Below are positions 1 through 13,353 of a DNA stretch of 64,000 bases, in pieces. Positions within the stretch are counted from its first letter, which is position 1, and the number at the start of each line of letters is the position of its first letter. The notes under the pieces were generated by a model, which ran no database searches, was not told the origin of the DNA, and saw only the letters and a program-made list of their open reading frames with translations. Source of the stretch: Macrostomum lignano (lineage: Eukaryota); assembly GCA_002269645.1 (NCBI GenBank), contig NIVC01003900.1, positions 1-64,000 on the forward strand, given 5' to 3'. The translations under genes were made by a program, and so were the position numbers.

Positions 1-2528
1 TAATCAAGCGCCATTTTGATATCTAATCAAGCGCTATTTGATTTCTAATCAAGTCGCGCATTTGATATCTTATCAAGCGCTCATTTGATATCTAATCTAG
101 CGCCATTTGACATATCTAATCAAGCGCCATTTGATATCTAATCAAGCGCCATTTGATATCTAATCTAGCGCCATTTGACATATCTAATCAGCGCATTTGA
201 TATCTAATCATAGCGGGCCATTTGATATCTAATCTAGCGCATTTGACATATCTAATCAAGGCGCTATTTGATATCTTATCTAAGCGCTATTTGATATCTA
301 ATCAAGCGCCATTTGATATCTAATCAAGCGCACATTTGAATGTCTAATCTAGCGCCATTTGACATATCTAAATCAAGCGCTATTTGATATCTTATCAAGC
401 GCTATTTGATATCTAATCAAGCGCCATTTGATATCTAATCAAGCGCATTTGATTTCTAATCTAGCGGCCATTTGACATATCTAATCAAGCGCCATTTGAT
501 ATCTAATCAAGCGCCATTTGATTTCTAATCTAGCGCATTTGATATATCTATCTAGCGCGCATTTGATATATCTAATCAAGCGGCCATTTGATATCAATCA
601 AGCGCCATTTGATGTCTAATCAAGCGCCATTTGATATCTAATCAAGCGCCATTTGATATCTCATCAAGCGCTATTTGATATCTAATCAAGCGCTATTTTG
701 ATATATAATCAAGCGCTATTTGATATCTAATCAAGCGCTATTTGATATCTAATCAAGCGCTATTTGATATCTAATCAAGCGCTATTTGATATCTAATCAA
801 GTGCTATTTGATATCTAATCAAGTGTTTTTGATATCTAATCAAGCGCCATTTGATATCTAATCAAGCGCCATTTGATATCTAATCAAGCGCCATTGATAT
901 GATCATCAAGCGCCATTTGATGTCTAATCAAGCGCCATTTGATGTCTTATCAAGCGCCATTTGAATATCTAATCAAGCGCCATTTGATGTCTAATCTAGC
1001 GCCATTTGACATATCTAATCAAAGCGCACATTTGATATCTAATCAAGCGGCCATTTGATATCTCATCAAGCGCCATTTGATGTCTAATCATGCGCCATTT
1101 GATGTCTAATCAAGCGCCATTTGATATCTCATCAAGCGCCATTTGATGTCTAATCAAGCGCCATTTGATGTCTTATCAAGCGCCATTTGATATCTAATCA
1201 AGCGCTATTTGATATCTTATCAAGCGCTATTTGATATCTAATCAAGTGCTATTTGATATCTAATCAAGTGTTTTTTGATATCTAATCAAGCGCCATTTGA
1301 TATCTAATCAAGCGCCATTTGATATCTAATCAAGCGCCATTTGATATCTCATCAAGGGCGCCATTTGATGTCTAATCAAGCGCCATTTGATTTTAATCTA
1401 GCGCCATTTGACATATCTAATCAAGCGCCATTTGATATCTAATCAAGCGCCATTTGATATCTCATCAAGCGCCATTTGATGTCTAATCAAGCGCCATTTG
1501 ATTTCTAATCTAGCGCCATTTGACATATCTAATCAAGCGCTATTTGATATCTAATCAAGCGCCATTTGATATCTAATCAAGTGTTTTTTTATATCTAATC
1601 AAGCGCGCATTTGATGTCTTATCAAGCGCCATTTGATATCTAATCAAGCGCTATTTGATATCTAATCAAGTGCTATTTGATATCTAATCAAGCGCTATTT
1701 GATATCTAATCAAGCGCCATTTGATATCTCATCAAGCGCCATTTGATGTCTAATCATGCGCCATTTGATGTCTAATCAAGCGCCATTTGATATCTCATCA
1801 AGCGCCATTTGATGTCTAATCAAGCGCCATTTGATGTCTTATCAAGCGCCATTTGATATCTAATCAAGCGCCCATTTGATATCTAATCAAGCGCTATTTG
1901 ATATCTAATCAAGTGCTATTTGATATCTAATCAAGTTTTTTTGATATCTAATCAAGCGCCATTTGATTCTAATCTAGCGCCATTTGACATATCTAATCAA
2001 GCGCCATTTGATATCTAATCAAGCGCCATTTGATATCTAATCAAGCGCCATTTGATATCTAATCAAGTGTTTTTTGATATCTAATCAAGCGCCATTTGAT
2101 ATCTAATCAAGCGCCATTTGATATCTTTCAAGTGATATCTAATCAAGTGTTTTTTGATATCTAAACAAGCGCCATTTGATATCTAATCAAGCGCTATTTG
2201 ATATCTAATCAAGCGCCATTTGATATCTAATCTAGCGCCATTTGACATATCTAATCAAGCGCTATTTGATATCTAATCAAGCGCCATTTGATATCTAATC
2301 AAGCGCCATTTGATATCTAATCAAGCGCCATTTGATATCTAATCAAGCGCTATTTGATATCTAATCAAGCGCCATTTGATATCTAATCAAGCGCCATTTA
2401 ATATCTAATCAAGCGCCATTTAATATCTAATCAAGCGCCATTTGATATCTAATCAAGCGCCATTTAATATCTAATCAAGCGCCATTTGATATCTAATCAA
2501 GCGCCATTTGATATATCTAATCTAGCGG
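1..2528. repeat. 22-bp minisatellite (consensus CTAATCAAGCGCCATTTGATAT), truncated by the window start
   Basis: GCGCC recurs at 2281 and 2303 (period 22). Variants include AATCTAGCGCCATTTGACAT. Many single-base indels in the first 1 kb. Confidence 0.97.
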
Positions 2529-3054
2529 AAGTTACAGTACTACTTTGATGACGATTTTTTTTCTAAGAATCAGCTTGTATGCGTTTAATATAAACAACAA
2601 TAATAGCAGATATTTTAACTTTGTGAAACTGTTTAAAAGCAACTTTGCAGTCAAATCGTGCTCAAAAATAACACCGTAAACAAAGCAATTTGACGCCGAT
2701 CCGAAGAAACGCACATATTTCCAACTGGTAGTTTCTTGGCTTCACCAAAATGGGCTGCTGATTCTGAATGTCACCTCGTTGTCCTTGATCAAGTCGAAAC
2801 AAAGTTTGGTTCTCGAATAGTTAATCGAGCCTCTCTACGCGATGTACTTTCTGCCAGTCAATAAACTTATAAACTTATGCACGATAGTCCTGATAGCTCT
2901 GCCATTCCGCTGACTCCTAAGCACATACAAGCGTACACTCTGTGCAGTGCCTTTGGGGTTGGCCCTCCATGGCTGTGAATCGCTCGACAACCCACTGGCT
3001 AATTTTTGTGCACACACAGGCCCCAATTGAATGTGGCTGCGCACTCGAAAGTCA

Positions 3055-3800
3055 GAGTGGAGAGGGAGAGAGGAGAGGGAGAGAGGAGAGGGAGAGAGGA
3101 GAGGGAGAGAGGAGAGGGAGAGAGGAGAGGGAGAGATGAGAGGGAGAGATGAGAGGGAGAGAGGAGAGGGATAGATGAGAGGAAGAGATGAGAGGGAGAG
3201 AGGAGAGGGAGAGAGGAGAGGGAGAGATGAGAGGGAGAGATGAGAGGGAGAGCGGAGAGGGAGAGAGGAGAGGGATAGATGAGAGGAAGAGAGGAGAGGG
3301 AGAGAGGAGAGGGAGAGCGGAGAGGGAGAGAGGAGAGGGAGAGAATAGAGGGAGAGATGAGAGGAAGAGAGGAGAGGGAGAGAGGAGAGGGAGAGATGAG
3401 AGGGAGAGAGGAGAGGGAGAGATGAGAGGGAGAGAGGAGAGGGAGAGCGGAGAGGGAGAGAAGAGAGGGAGAGATGAGAGGGAGAGAGAAGAAGGAGAGA
3501 GGAGAGGGAGAGATGAGAGGGAGAGAGGAGAGGGAGAGATGAGAGGGAGAAAGGAGAGGAAGAGAGGAGAGGGAGAGAGGAGAGGGAGAGCGGAGAGGGA
3601 GAGAGGAGAGGGAGAGAGGAGAGGGAGAGAGGAGAGGGAGAGATGAGAGGGAGAGAGGAGAGGAAGAGAGGAGAGGAAGAGAGGAGAGGGAGAGAGGAGT
3701 GGGAGAGAGAAGAGGGAGAGAGAAGAGGTAGAGAGGGAGAGAGGAGAGAGGAGAGAGGAGAGGGAGAGAGAAGAGGGAGAGAGGTGAGGAAGAGAAGAGA
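3055..3800. repeat. Polypurine GA-rich low-complexity array (GAGAGGGAGAGAGGAG-like units)
   Basis: Almost pure G/A tract; it generates the spurious ORFs 2835..3845, 3052..3891 and 3188..3646. Confidence 0.95.
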
Positions 3801-4482
3801 AAGACAGGTGAGATCTATCAGAGGCTTCAGTGTGCTCAGCAGCACAATAAACCTGTATTCTTATTGCCAATAAAACAGCTACCTGACACACTGCCCGGTG
3901 CTGTAAAACAAGCTATTATTTGCAATGCTCATCGCTAATTGACTCCGATGCTCTCTGCTAACTTTAATCCAGCCATGACTAACGGTTTACCAAAACTAGC
4001 CATCCATAGCTATCGATTTACCGTTAGCTAGCTAATACTAACTAGCCCACAAAGCTACACGGGATAGAACGTGTGTTTGTATAACAAAAGGAGCCAAAAA
4101 GTGTACCATCTAGATTCAAGTCAATGACCCGAAGGATGGGGAATCAATAATGTGGAATAATCTTCATGGCTGAAACTAAAGCTCAAGGCTGGCTGCACAC
4201 TACATGAGGATGTACTTTACAGGTGAATAGAAGCTGTCCTAAGCGCTATCTCTGAGCAGACTCTATCTCTGTCATTCTCTCTCCCCATTCTCTTCCCCAG
4301 CGTAAGTCCCCTAACGACGGGAAGTCTGTCACCAATGTAAACAGTTGGTCTGTAAAGCAGCTTTTTAGACTAATGTAACTGCCGGCTCACAGGAAGGAAG
4401 GAGAGAGAGATGGAAAATTGAAACGAATAATAGAGGCACAGGGGAATGGAATCGGTTTATAAGCAGATGTATAATTTTGGAT

Positions 4483-5260
<778 letters not shown>

Positions 5261-5467
5261 TCCCGGACTATTTATATTTTATCTATTTACAATTTATTAT
5301 CTACGCGGATGTCCGCTGAAGCCGATCCCTACTTGAGTTACATGCTGGCAGTCCGCCCGATAAGGAGGGTGAGGCGGCTCGGTACCTCACGTATATAATG
5401 ATTTATTATAGCAAATGTTAACAAAGCTACGAGCAGCTCACACCTGCACAACTGATAAGGCACTCAC

Positions 5468-5793
5468 GCTTCTGCGGTTGAATCTGAGCAGGCGAGTGCT
5501 CGTAATCGTGGCCCATTATTGAGCACCGCTTGAACTCCATTTTATTCTCGGTCAGGGTGCCGGTCTTGTCCGAGAAGACGTACTGGATTTGCCCAAGATC
5601 TTCGGTGATGTTCAGCGCCCGGCACTCGGCTGGAATGTCTTTCTCCTCGTCGTACATATCCAGGTCGTTAGTGATGTAGATTGTCTGGCCCAGCTTCACG
5701 AACTCCACGGTTACGTAGAGCGATAGCGGAATCATTGCCTGCGGATTGATTGATTTATTTATTGATTTATTTATTTATTTATTGATTGATTGG

Positions 5794-5828
<35 letters not shown>

Positions 5829-5837
5829 GTTGATTGG

Positions 5838-5919
<82 letters not shown>

Positions 5920-5924
5920 AATTA

Positions 5925-5976
<52 letters not shown>

Positions 5977-8900
5977 ATTGAATGATTGATTGATTAATTA
6001 ATTGATTGATTTATTGGTTGATTGACGGACTGACTGACTGACTGACTGACTGACTGACTGACTGACTGACTGACTGACTGACTGACTGACTGACTGTCTG
6101 ACTGACTGACTGACTGACTGACTGACTGACTGACTGACTGACTGACTGACTGACTGACTGACTGACTGACTGACTGACTGACTGACTGACTGACTGACTG
6201 ACTGTCTGACTGACTGACTGACTGACTGACTGACTGTCTGACTGACTGACTGACTGACTGACTGACTGACTGACTGACTGTCTGTCTGACTGACTGACTG
6301 ACTGACTGACTGACTGACTGACTGACTGACTGACTGACTGACTGACTGACTGACTGACTGACTGACTGACGGACTGACTGTCTGACTGACTGACTGACTG
6401 ACTGACTGACTGACTGACTGACTGACTGACTGACTGACTGACTGACTGACTGACTGACTGACTGACTGACTGACTGACTGATTAACTTATTAATTGGTTG
6501 ATTGATTGAGTTAGTGATTGATCCATTGAATAATTGTTTGATTGATTGAGTCAGTGACTGACGGATTGATTGGGTGTGATTTACAAGCTGTTTATTTGAT
6601 TCAAAAAATTATTGATTAAGCCATGTAATGAATGATGGAATTACAATTTCATTCATTGCTTACATAATGGTAAGCTTCACAATATATAAAGGATACAATT
6701 GCCGCAAAGTGCCGCAAGTTTAAAACGAGATTAGGATTAATATCCAGATTAGGGAGGTAGAAGGGATTTTCGGAAATCTAGTGTGTCTCTGATGCTTTGT
6801 ATTTGAATCGCGGAGCCACTTTTCGTGTGTAATAAATACGACTGGCATTTTGCAGTTTAATTTCGATCATATTTTGAGAGTTCATTTATGTCCGGATAGC
6901 AGGATAAAAACCTCATAAGTATACTGACATCCATTGTTTTTTAATATACCCGAGCGGCGGAATTCGCTTAATAATACTGTCAAGCCTGTGATTTACACCA
7001 GTCGCTATTTTTAGAAACACAACTGCCTAGCCTGTGATGTACACTCTGTTGCTATTTTTAGAAACATACCTGCCTAGCCTGTGATGTACAATACACCCTG
7101 TTGCTATTTTTAGAAACACAACTGCCTAGTCTGTGATGTACACTTTGTTGCTATTTTTAGAACTCAGAGATGAGTCATGAACAGTTGCAACTTAGCTCGT
7201 TTTTTGAGTTGCAGTTAATTTTATAACTTACTTGCATAATGATTATATACGTCCAGAAATTGATAATAGCCTGCACAGCGGGTGATGATGCTGTATCGTT
7301 GCCAAGCGACAGAAAAATCACCGTCTCTGGGGTGACAAATCCTGATAGCCAAACTCCGCTTCCTGAAAGATAAAAAGTAGTTTTTGATGCTTTTTTATTG
7401 CTGATTTCGATGAATTTGTGAATCTGAATATGAAAGTTCAACTAGAATCGAAGCCCGAATCAAACTTACCAACGGCCCCGAAAAGGCACGTGACGAATAG
7501 GATGATTACACACCAGATCACGTCCTTATTAATTTGCCGTTCGAGTTTGCTGCGCTTAAACCTGGGGCCTTTGTTATTTAGCATGGCTTTGGTTTCGTGG
7601 CCTGTGGTTTGGAAGTTTTAAGTCGAGTTTGAAAGTTGCTTTGAGGCTTGGGAATCCCCCGTCGAAATCACCTTTTAAGTCCTTTTAAAATCCCATTTGA
7701 AGTCCCACTCGGAATTCTCTTTGAATTCATATCGGAATCCCCGTTCGAAATTCCCATCGGATTCCGCTACCGGAAGTCCCGCCGGAACATCCTTACGAAA
7801 TTCCCATTGGAGAATCCTTACGGAATTCCCATTGGAACATCCTTACGGAATTCCCACTAGAGAATCCTCACGAAATTCCCATTGTAATACCACTTAAGGT
7901 TTTTCCATCAGAATACCCCTTACGGAATTCCCATTGGAACATCTTTACGGAATTTCCATCGTAATACCCCTTATGAATTTCCCATCGGAATACCCATTAA
8001 GAAATTCCCATCGGTCGGAATACCCCCTACGGAATTCCGTTTTTACTACTTTAGAATCCCAAGGAGTCCAACTATAGTTTTAACTGTCAGGCAAAATATA
8101 ATTCAAATGAATAATCAGGACACAAGGTACTTTAAAATTCGTTAATGAAACAATAAAAGTACACCCACCAGCATAGATCACCATGCCTTCCAGCACGTCC
8201 GTATTCTTGATTGTACAGCCACGCAATATCAAATTCTCCTTGTGAATGGCTACAATATTGTCTTTGCCATTGAGTCGCCTACAAAAAAAATTGAATCATT
8301 CATCGATTTTATCAATTTGTATAGACGAGAAAGGCATGATTTCTAACAATAAATGATAATCACTCACACGCTGCCATCGAATCGATAGATATCTGTGTTG
8401 GGCATTTCCACTTCCACCGTGTGAGTGAATGTCTCCGGGTTGAATTGCTTGACAAATTAAAACGAAAAATAGATGAAGAAAAAAGTTAATTAAATAAAAG
8501 CTTCGAAGGCACCACTGAACAATACAGAGTGAGCAGACCAATTAAGTTATGTGGGAATCTGCTGAGTGGGCGGATTCTTTGTCTTCCTATCCATCTGGCT
8601 GTCTGTTTTGTAACTACAGAGGATTAAAACGTGACAGTTGTACGAGTATGTAGAAAGAGAAGAAACGCGGGTAGATGTATGGATGGGGAACAGACGCAGG
8701 CAGTAAATCTTAGTGTTTTTTCTTGCTGAACAAAGAAGTTTTCGTGTTGCGTGTGTTTCTTTTTGTCTTTGATTGAGATGTATATTGGACAAAAGCAAAC
8801 AAAGAATTACATTTAGAATTCGATACTATCACAGCTTTTGTGTCACAAGTAAAAGCAAAACGTATGGGTCCTAAAATTTCAAACTAGCGCCAAGTTTTTT

Positions 8901-11900
8901 TGTTTTTATGGTTCCAGTTTTGAGTTGATGCTCAGTGAAGCAAAACAAATTACTGGGTAGCGTAAGTTTGAGCTACAGTGTAAAACTACTAATACTGAGG
9001 CACAAATATTAATAATATTGATTACACCTGCCCTAATGGCCAGATGTGCAACCGACAGCTCAGCCGCAGCTATTGCGCGGCGCATCTGAAGGCTGCGTAC
9101 GGCTGTTCAGTCCAAGGACTGGGGGGTCGCCACACACCCTCAATTACCCCAGCTAATGCCGGCACCCATTTTACAGCTGGGTGAACTGAAGCAATGCAGA
9201 GTTAAGTGTCTTGCTGAGGCACTGCTATAATGCTGAATTGCTGCAGTGCATCTACTTAATATTGTCGTACATGTATATTAACTTTCTTATGACAATTTAG
9301 AAATCGCATTATAACAAAATTGGATTTCGAAGTTTTTCCAAATCGATTTTACGTCTTCAGTTTTACATTTCTCGAGAAGATTTGTAGAATTTATTCTACA
9401 CAAATTGATGTCATTTACTAATTAAAACAAAAATAAGGCAAAAAAATTTCTAATAAAAAGTCAAACGTGACCAGATTACAGCAACGAAGCGTTGTCATGG
9501 AAACAGGTCATGTGCTTCAATTTTCAAGATTCATACTTAAATGCAACTACAAGCTGGAAATGTTTTAAATCATTTGACTAGCACAACTCTTTGATGCTAT
9601 ATGAGCTTTAGTTTCCATGACAACCAATTTTATAGCCTTCTAAAATGCCAACAAGAGGTATCTAAAATAAAAGCACAGGTGATTAAACAAACAAGAAGGA
9701 ATAAGTAAAAAAGAACACAGACTATAGTTAGTCTCAGTCTTACCCCATCGGGACCGAACTGAAATTACAGTTAAGATTATTCAATATTGGGATTTGGTTG
9801 TTGTTATAGTTTCTAAACTTCCGTTTATAACAAAGCTATCGTTTTGAGCATGCAATTCCGTTAGTTATTTATTACTAATTCTATTTTGCAAGCGCTACAA
9901 GAATGTGCGGGCTATACAAGTTTTAGCTGGTCATCATGCTTGAATGAGAAGTCGATAAAGAAGAAAGTTATGTAAAAGCTTTTGAAATCCAAAATTAAAA
10001 CTTTCCATACCCTCTCTGTAGCTGGCATATCCCCCTCCCGTATAGATGGCGCCCCCTCTCTGTAGCTAGCATCCCCCTTCCGTATAGATGGCGCCCCCTC
10101 TCTGTAGCTGGCATCCCACCTCTCTGTAGCTGGCATCCCACCTCTCTGTAGCTGGCATCCCACCTCTCTGTAGCTGGCATCCCACCTCTCTGTAGCTGGC
10201 ATATCCCCCTCCCGTATAGATGGCGCCCCCTCTCTGTAGCTAGCATCCCCCTTCCGTATAGATGGCGCCCCCTCTCTGTAGCTGGCATCCCACCTCTCTG
10301 TAGCTGGCATCCCACCTCTCTGTAGCTGGCATCCCACCTCTCTGTAGCTGGCATCCCACCTCTCTGTAGCAGGCATCCCACCTCTCTGTAGCTGGCATCC
10401 CACCTCTCTGTAGCTGGCATCCCACCTCTCTGTAGCTGGCATCCCACCTCTCTGTAGCTGGCATCCCACCTCTCTGTAGCTGGCATCCCACCTCTCTGTA
10501 GCTGGCATCCCACCTCTCTGTAGCTGGCATCCCACCTCTCTGTAGCAGGCATCCCACCTCTCTGTAGCAGGCATCCCACCTCTCTGTAGCTGGCATCCCA
10601 CCTCTCTGTAGCTGGCATCCCACCTCTCTGTAGCTGGCATCCCACCTCTCTGTAGCTGGCATCCCACCTCTCTGTAGCTGGCATCCCACCTCTCTGTAGC
10701 TGGCATCCCACCTCTCTGTAGCTGGCATCCCACCTCTCTGTAGCTGGCATCCCACCTCTCTGTAGCTGGCATCCCACCTCTCTGTAGCTGGCATCCCACC
10801 TCTCTGTAGCTGGCATCCCACCTCTCTGTAGCTGGCATCCCACCTCTCTGTAGCTGGCATCCCACCTCTCTGTAGCAGGCATCCCACCTCTCTGTAGCTG
10901 GCATCCCACCTCTCTGTAGCTGGCATCCCACCTCTCTGTAGCTGGCATCCCACCTCTCTGTAGCTGGCATCCCACCTCTCTGTAGCTGGCATCCCACCTC
11001 TCTGTAGCTGGCATCCCACCTCTCTGTAGCTGGCATCCCACCTCTCTGTAGCAGGCATCCCACCTCTCTGTAGCTGGCATCCCACCTCTCTGTAGCTGGC
11101 ATCCCACCTCTCTGTAGCTGGCATCCCACCTCTCTGTAGCTGGCATCCCACCTCTCTGTAGCTGGCATCCCACCTCTCTGTAGCTGGCATCCCACCTCTC
11201 TGTAGCTGGCATCCCACCTCTCTGTAGCAGGCATCCCACCTCTCTGTAGCTGGCATCCCACCTCTCTGTAGCTGGCATCCCACCTCTCTGTAGCTGGCAT
11301 CCCACCTCTCTGTAGCAGGCATCCCACCTCTCTCTAGCTGGCATCCCTTCTCTGTAGCTGGCGATTCTCTCGGACTCAGTTTAAATGGATCTTGGTAATT
11401 GAGAAGTTGAGAAGTTTTCAGTAGTCAGTGCTAGATTCTCCTTTTCTTATGATTTTCGAATAAAAAAGAGGCCTTGGAATAAAATTTTAATAATTAGGCC
11501 CATATGATCTTTGTAACCATCATTGGTCCTTGTAACTTTTTATGTAGTCATAAAAAAGCGTTGCCATTAGCGAGCAGTCACTACTCACCCGCAGGTCGAG
11601 ACCTCGCATGACCTCCCTCTGTTTCAGGTTGGTTTCACCATCAATATTGGACGTCTCGATGTAGCAGATCCCGGCGGTGTCACTGCTGTGCAGCAGCAGA
11701 ATATCCGCCGGTATGACTTCATTCGCGTGTAGGCGCACAATGTCACCCGGCCACAGGTTCTGCCATTCCTCGTCCACAAAACAATTTTTCGATTGTCGAT
11801 AAACTCGACAACTTTGATGATTGATTTTCTTGTCGGATTTGTATCGCCTGTAGTTCTCGAAGCCGTCTTTGATAGCCGTGACTGAGAGGACAAACAGAAC

Positions 11901-12197
11901 AGGAATTGGCGCCAACTCTTTGGCGAATGCGGACACCTCCGGCATGAAGTTCAGCACGACTATGAAGACGAAGTACACGTTCGCGAAGCGGTGGAACTGC
12001 TCCCACAGGTTCAGCGGCAAGAAGGTTAGCAGACTGTATTTGGTGGTCCTGACGTAGTTGTTAGCAAACTGGTGATTCGGGTTCGGCTCGGCCGGTACAT
12101 CCGGTGCGCTCTCAAACCGGAAGTTGGCCTCAATCAGGCGGGTTGACGGACCCTGCTTTGCGTTTCGTCGGCAGGGCAGGCAGCAGCGGTTTCCCAT
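5468..12197 (-). CDS. ATP10: P4-type ATPase (phospholipid flippase), ATP10A/B/D-like, 5' part; six exons resolved
   Basis: Frame-consistent GT-AG exons: 12197-11589, 8447-8368, 8278-8169, 7601-7470, 7362-7232, 5738-5468. Motifs: [71 protein letters not shown] (ATP10-type), IPLSLYVT, phosphorylation motif [12 protein letters not shown]. Downstream exons were not identified and the gene probably continues left of 5468. Confidence 0.93.
5745..6481. repeat. Compound microsatellite (ATTG)n followed by (GACT)n in an ATP10 intron
   Basis: Directly visible; it begins a few nt from the 5739-5740 acceptor. Confidence 0.97.
6986..7163. repeat. About 47-bp tandem repeat, roughly 3.5 copies
   Basis: GCTATTTTTAGAAACACAACTGCCTAGCCTGTGATGTACAC recurs three times, plus partial copies. 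Confidence 0.88.
7715..8040. repeat. Degenerate minisatellite (GGAATTCCCATYGGAA..CCTTAC-like)
   Basis: Recurring AATTCCCAT and CCTTACGG motifs in the ATP10 intron 7602-8168. Confidence 0.75.
9019..9222 (-). mobile_element. CORE-SINE copy (5'-truncated), same family as 61929-62163
   Basis: The minus strand reads ..CAGCAAGACACTTAACTCTGCATTGCTTCAGTTCACCCAGCTGTAAAATGGG.., resembling the MIR/CORE core. It is nearly colinear with the copy at 61929-62100. Confidence 0.75.
10011..11362. repeat. 22-bp minisatellite (TGTAGCTGGCATCCCACCTCTC) in ATP10 intron 1
   Basis: Highly homogeneous array. The 22-aa periodicity of the ORFs in all three minus frames equals 3 x 22 nt. Confidence 0.98.
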
Positions 12198-13353
12198 TTT
12201 GCTGCTATCTCGGGCCCTCTGATTTGCGGCTAAATCTATTAATTTAAGCTTGGTTTTAAACTTGACTAGTTGTCATGGTTCATTGCTCTCTGAAAGTTTC
12301 AAATACAAACCATTAAGCCTTTAATAATCTTTTGTTGATTAAAATACAGCGATAATTATATATGTAAAATAAAAAACGACAGGACCTGTTGAAGTTGATT
12401 TATGTAAGTTAATAATGTTTGAAGGAATACTTTTAATTAGGTTAACTAAAAACAGTGCTGCCCATAATATTTTTTTTAAATTGGAGTCCGCTTTTGCAAT
12501 TCACTTTGCTAATATGATAATATTATGAGTGTAGTAGATACTTAATTATTGTAATAAAATGTGCCAATGGAAACATCTGTTTTATTTATGACTAACTTAA
12601 AAATTTCGTAAGATATATTTACAAAATAGATTAGTTTTAAATTTTGTACAATTTCGCCAGCATAAATCAAGTTGTAAACCTGATCTTTGATTGTTTCGAA
12701 GGATTTTATAAATACTTATGATACTCGTATTAAAATTTTGATATGAAAACGATAAAAACAAGTTGCTGCTTCGCTTGGATGAATACAGTGCAATATTTTA
12801 TTCTATAAAACATAAAAATGGCAGATTGCATACAAAACGAATCACATCAAATATAAATATACGTAATACCGGCAAAACCACTAAATTCTGGTTAACACTA
12901 AGCCTTGAATTTTTTAGGAAACAGGCTTGAACCCCTGTGTAGGCTTTTAGACAGGTTCTTTTTTTATAAGAAATTAAAGTAAAGTATCCTTAAGTTTTAA
13001 ATGGAATGCCGAAAAGAATTGAGCAGCGATTGTTAAATTTGCGCGAAACCAGCTCAAACACTAGTAGGGTTCACAGTAGAAAATTTAAAAGTTCTGAAAC
13101 TGCACGACTTGTATATTGAATCAAAAAACATTTAGAAATATAATTAAAATCTACTCTTTTACAGACATGTCTAAAATATTTTAATTATTTTGTTAAACTA
13201 CGATAAGTGTCATCGACACAAATAATTAAATTTAAGAAATATCCAAGAAATCTGCTTTAAGTCTTTACTTCGAATTTTACCTTTGAAAGTTCACTGAAAA
13301 AATCTCAAAAGCTGTTATAGGTTGCAGCCAAAACAAAGCTCACAACAAGCAGA

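Noticed and set aside
2835-3891. Leu/Ser-rich and Arg/Glu-rich ORFs
   Set aside because: GA low-complexity tract. I also looked in 2530-3050, 3800-3900 and 5300-5400 for the next ATP10 exon and found no recognisable motif.
9912-11344. ORFs of 360-471 aa in three minus frames
   Set aside because: They are translations of a stop-free 22-bp minisatellite inside ATP10 intron 1.
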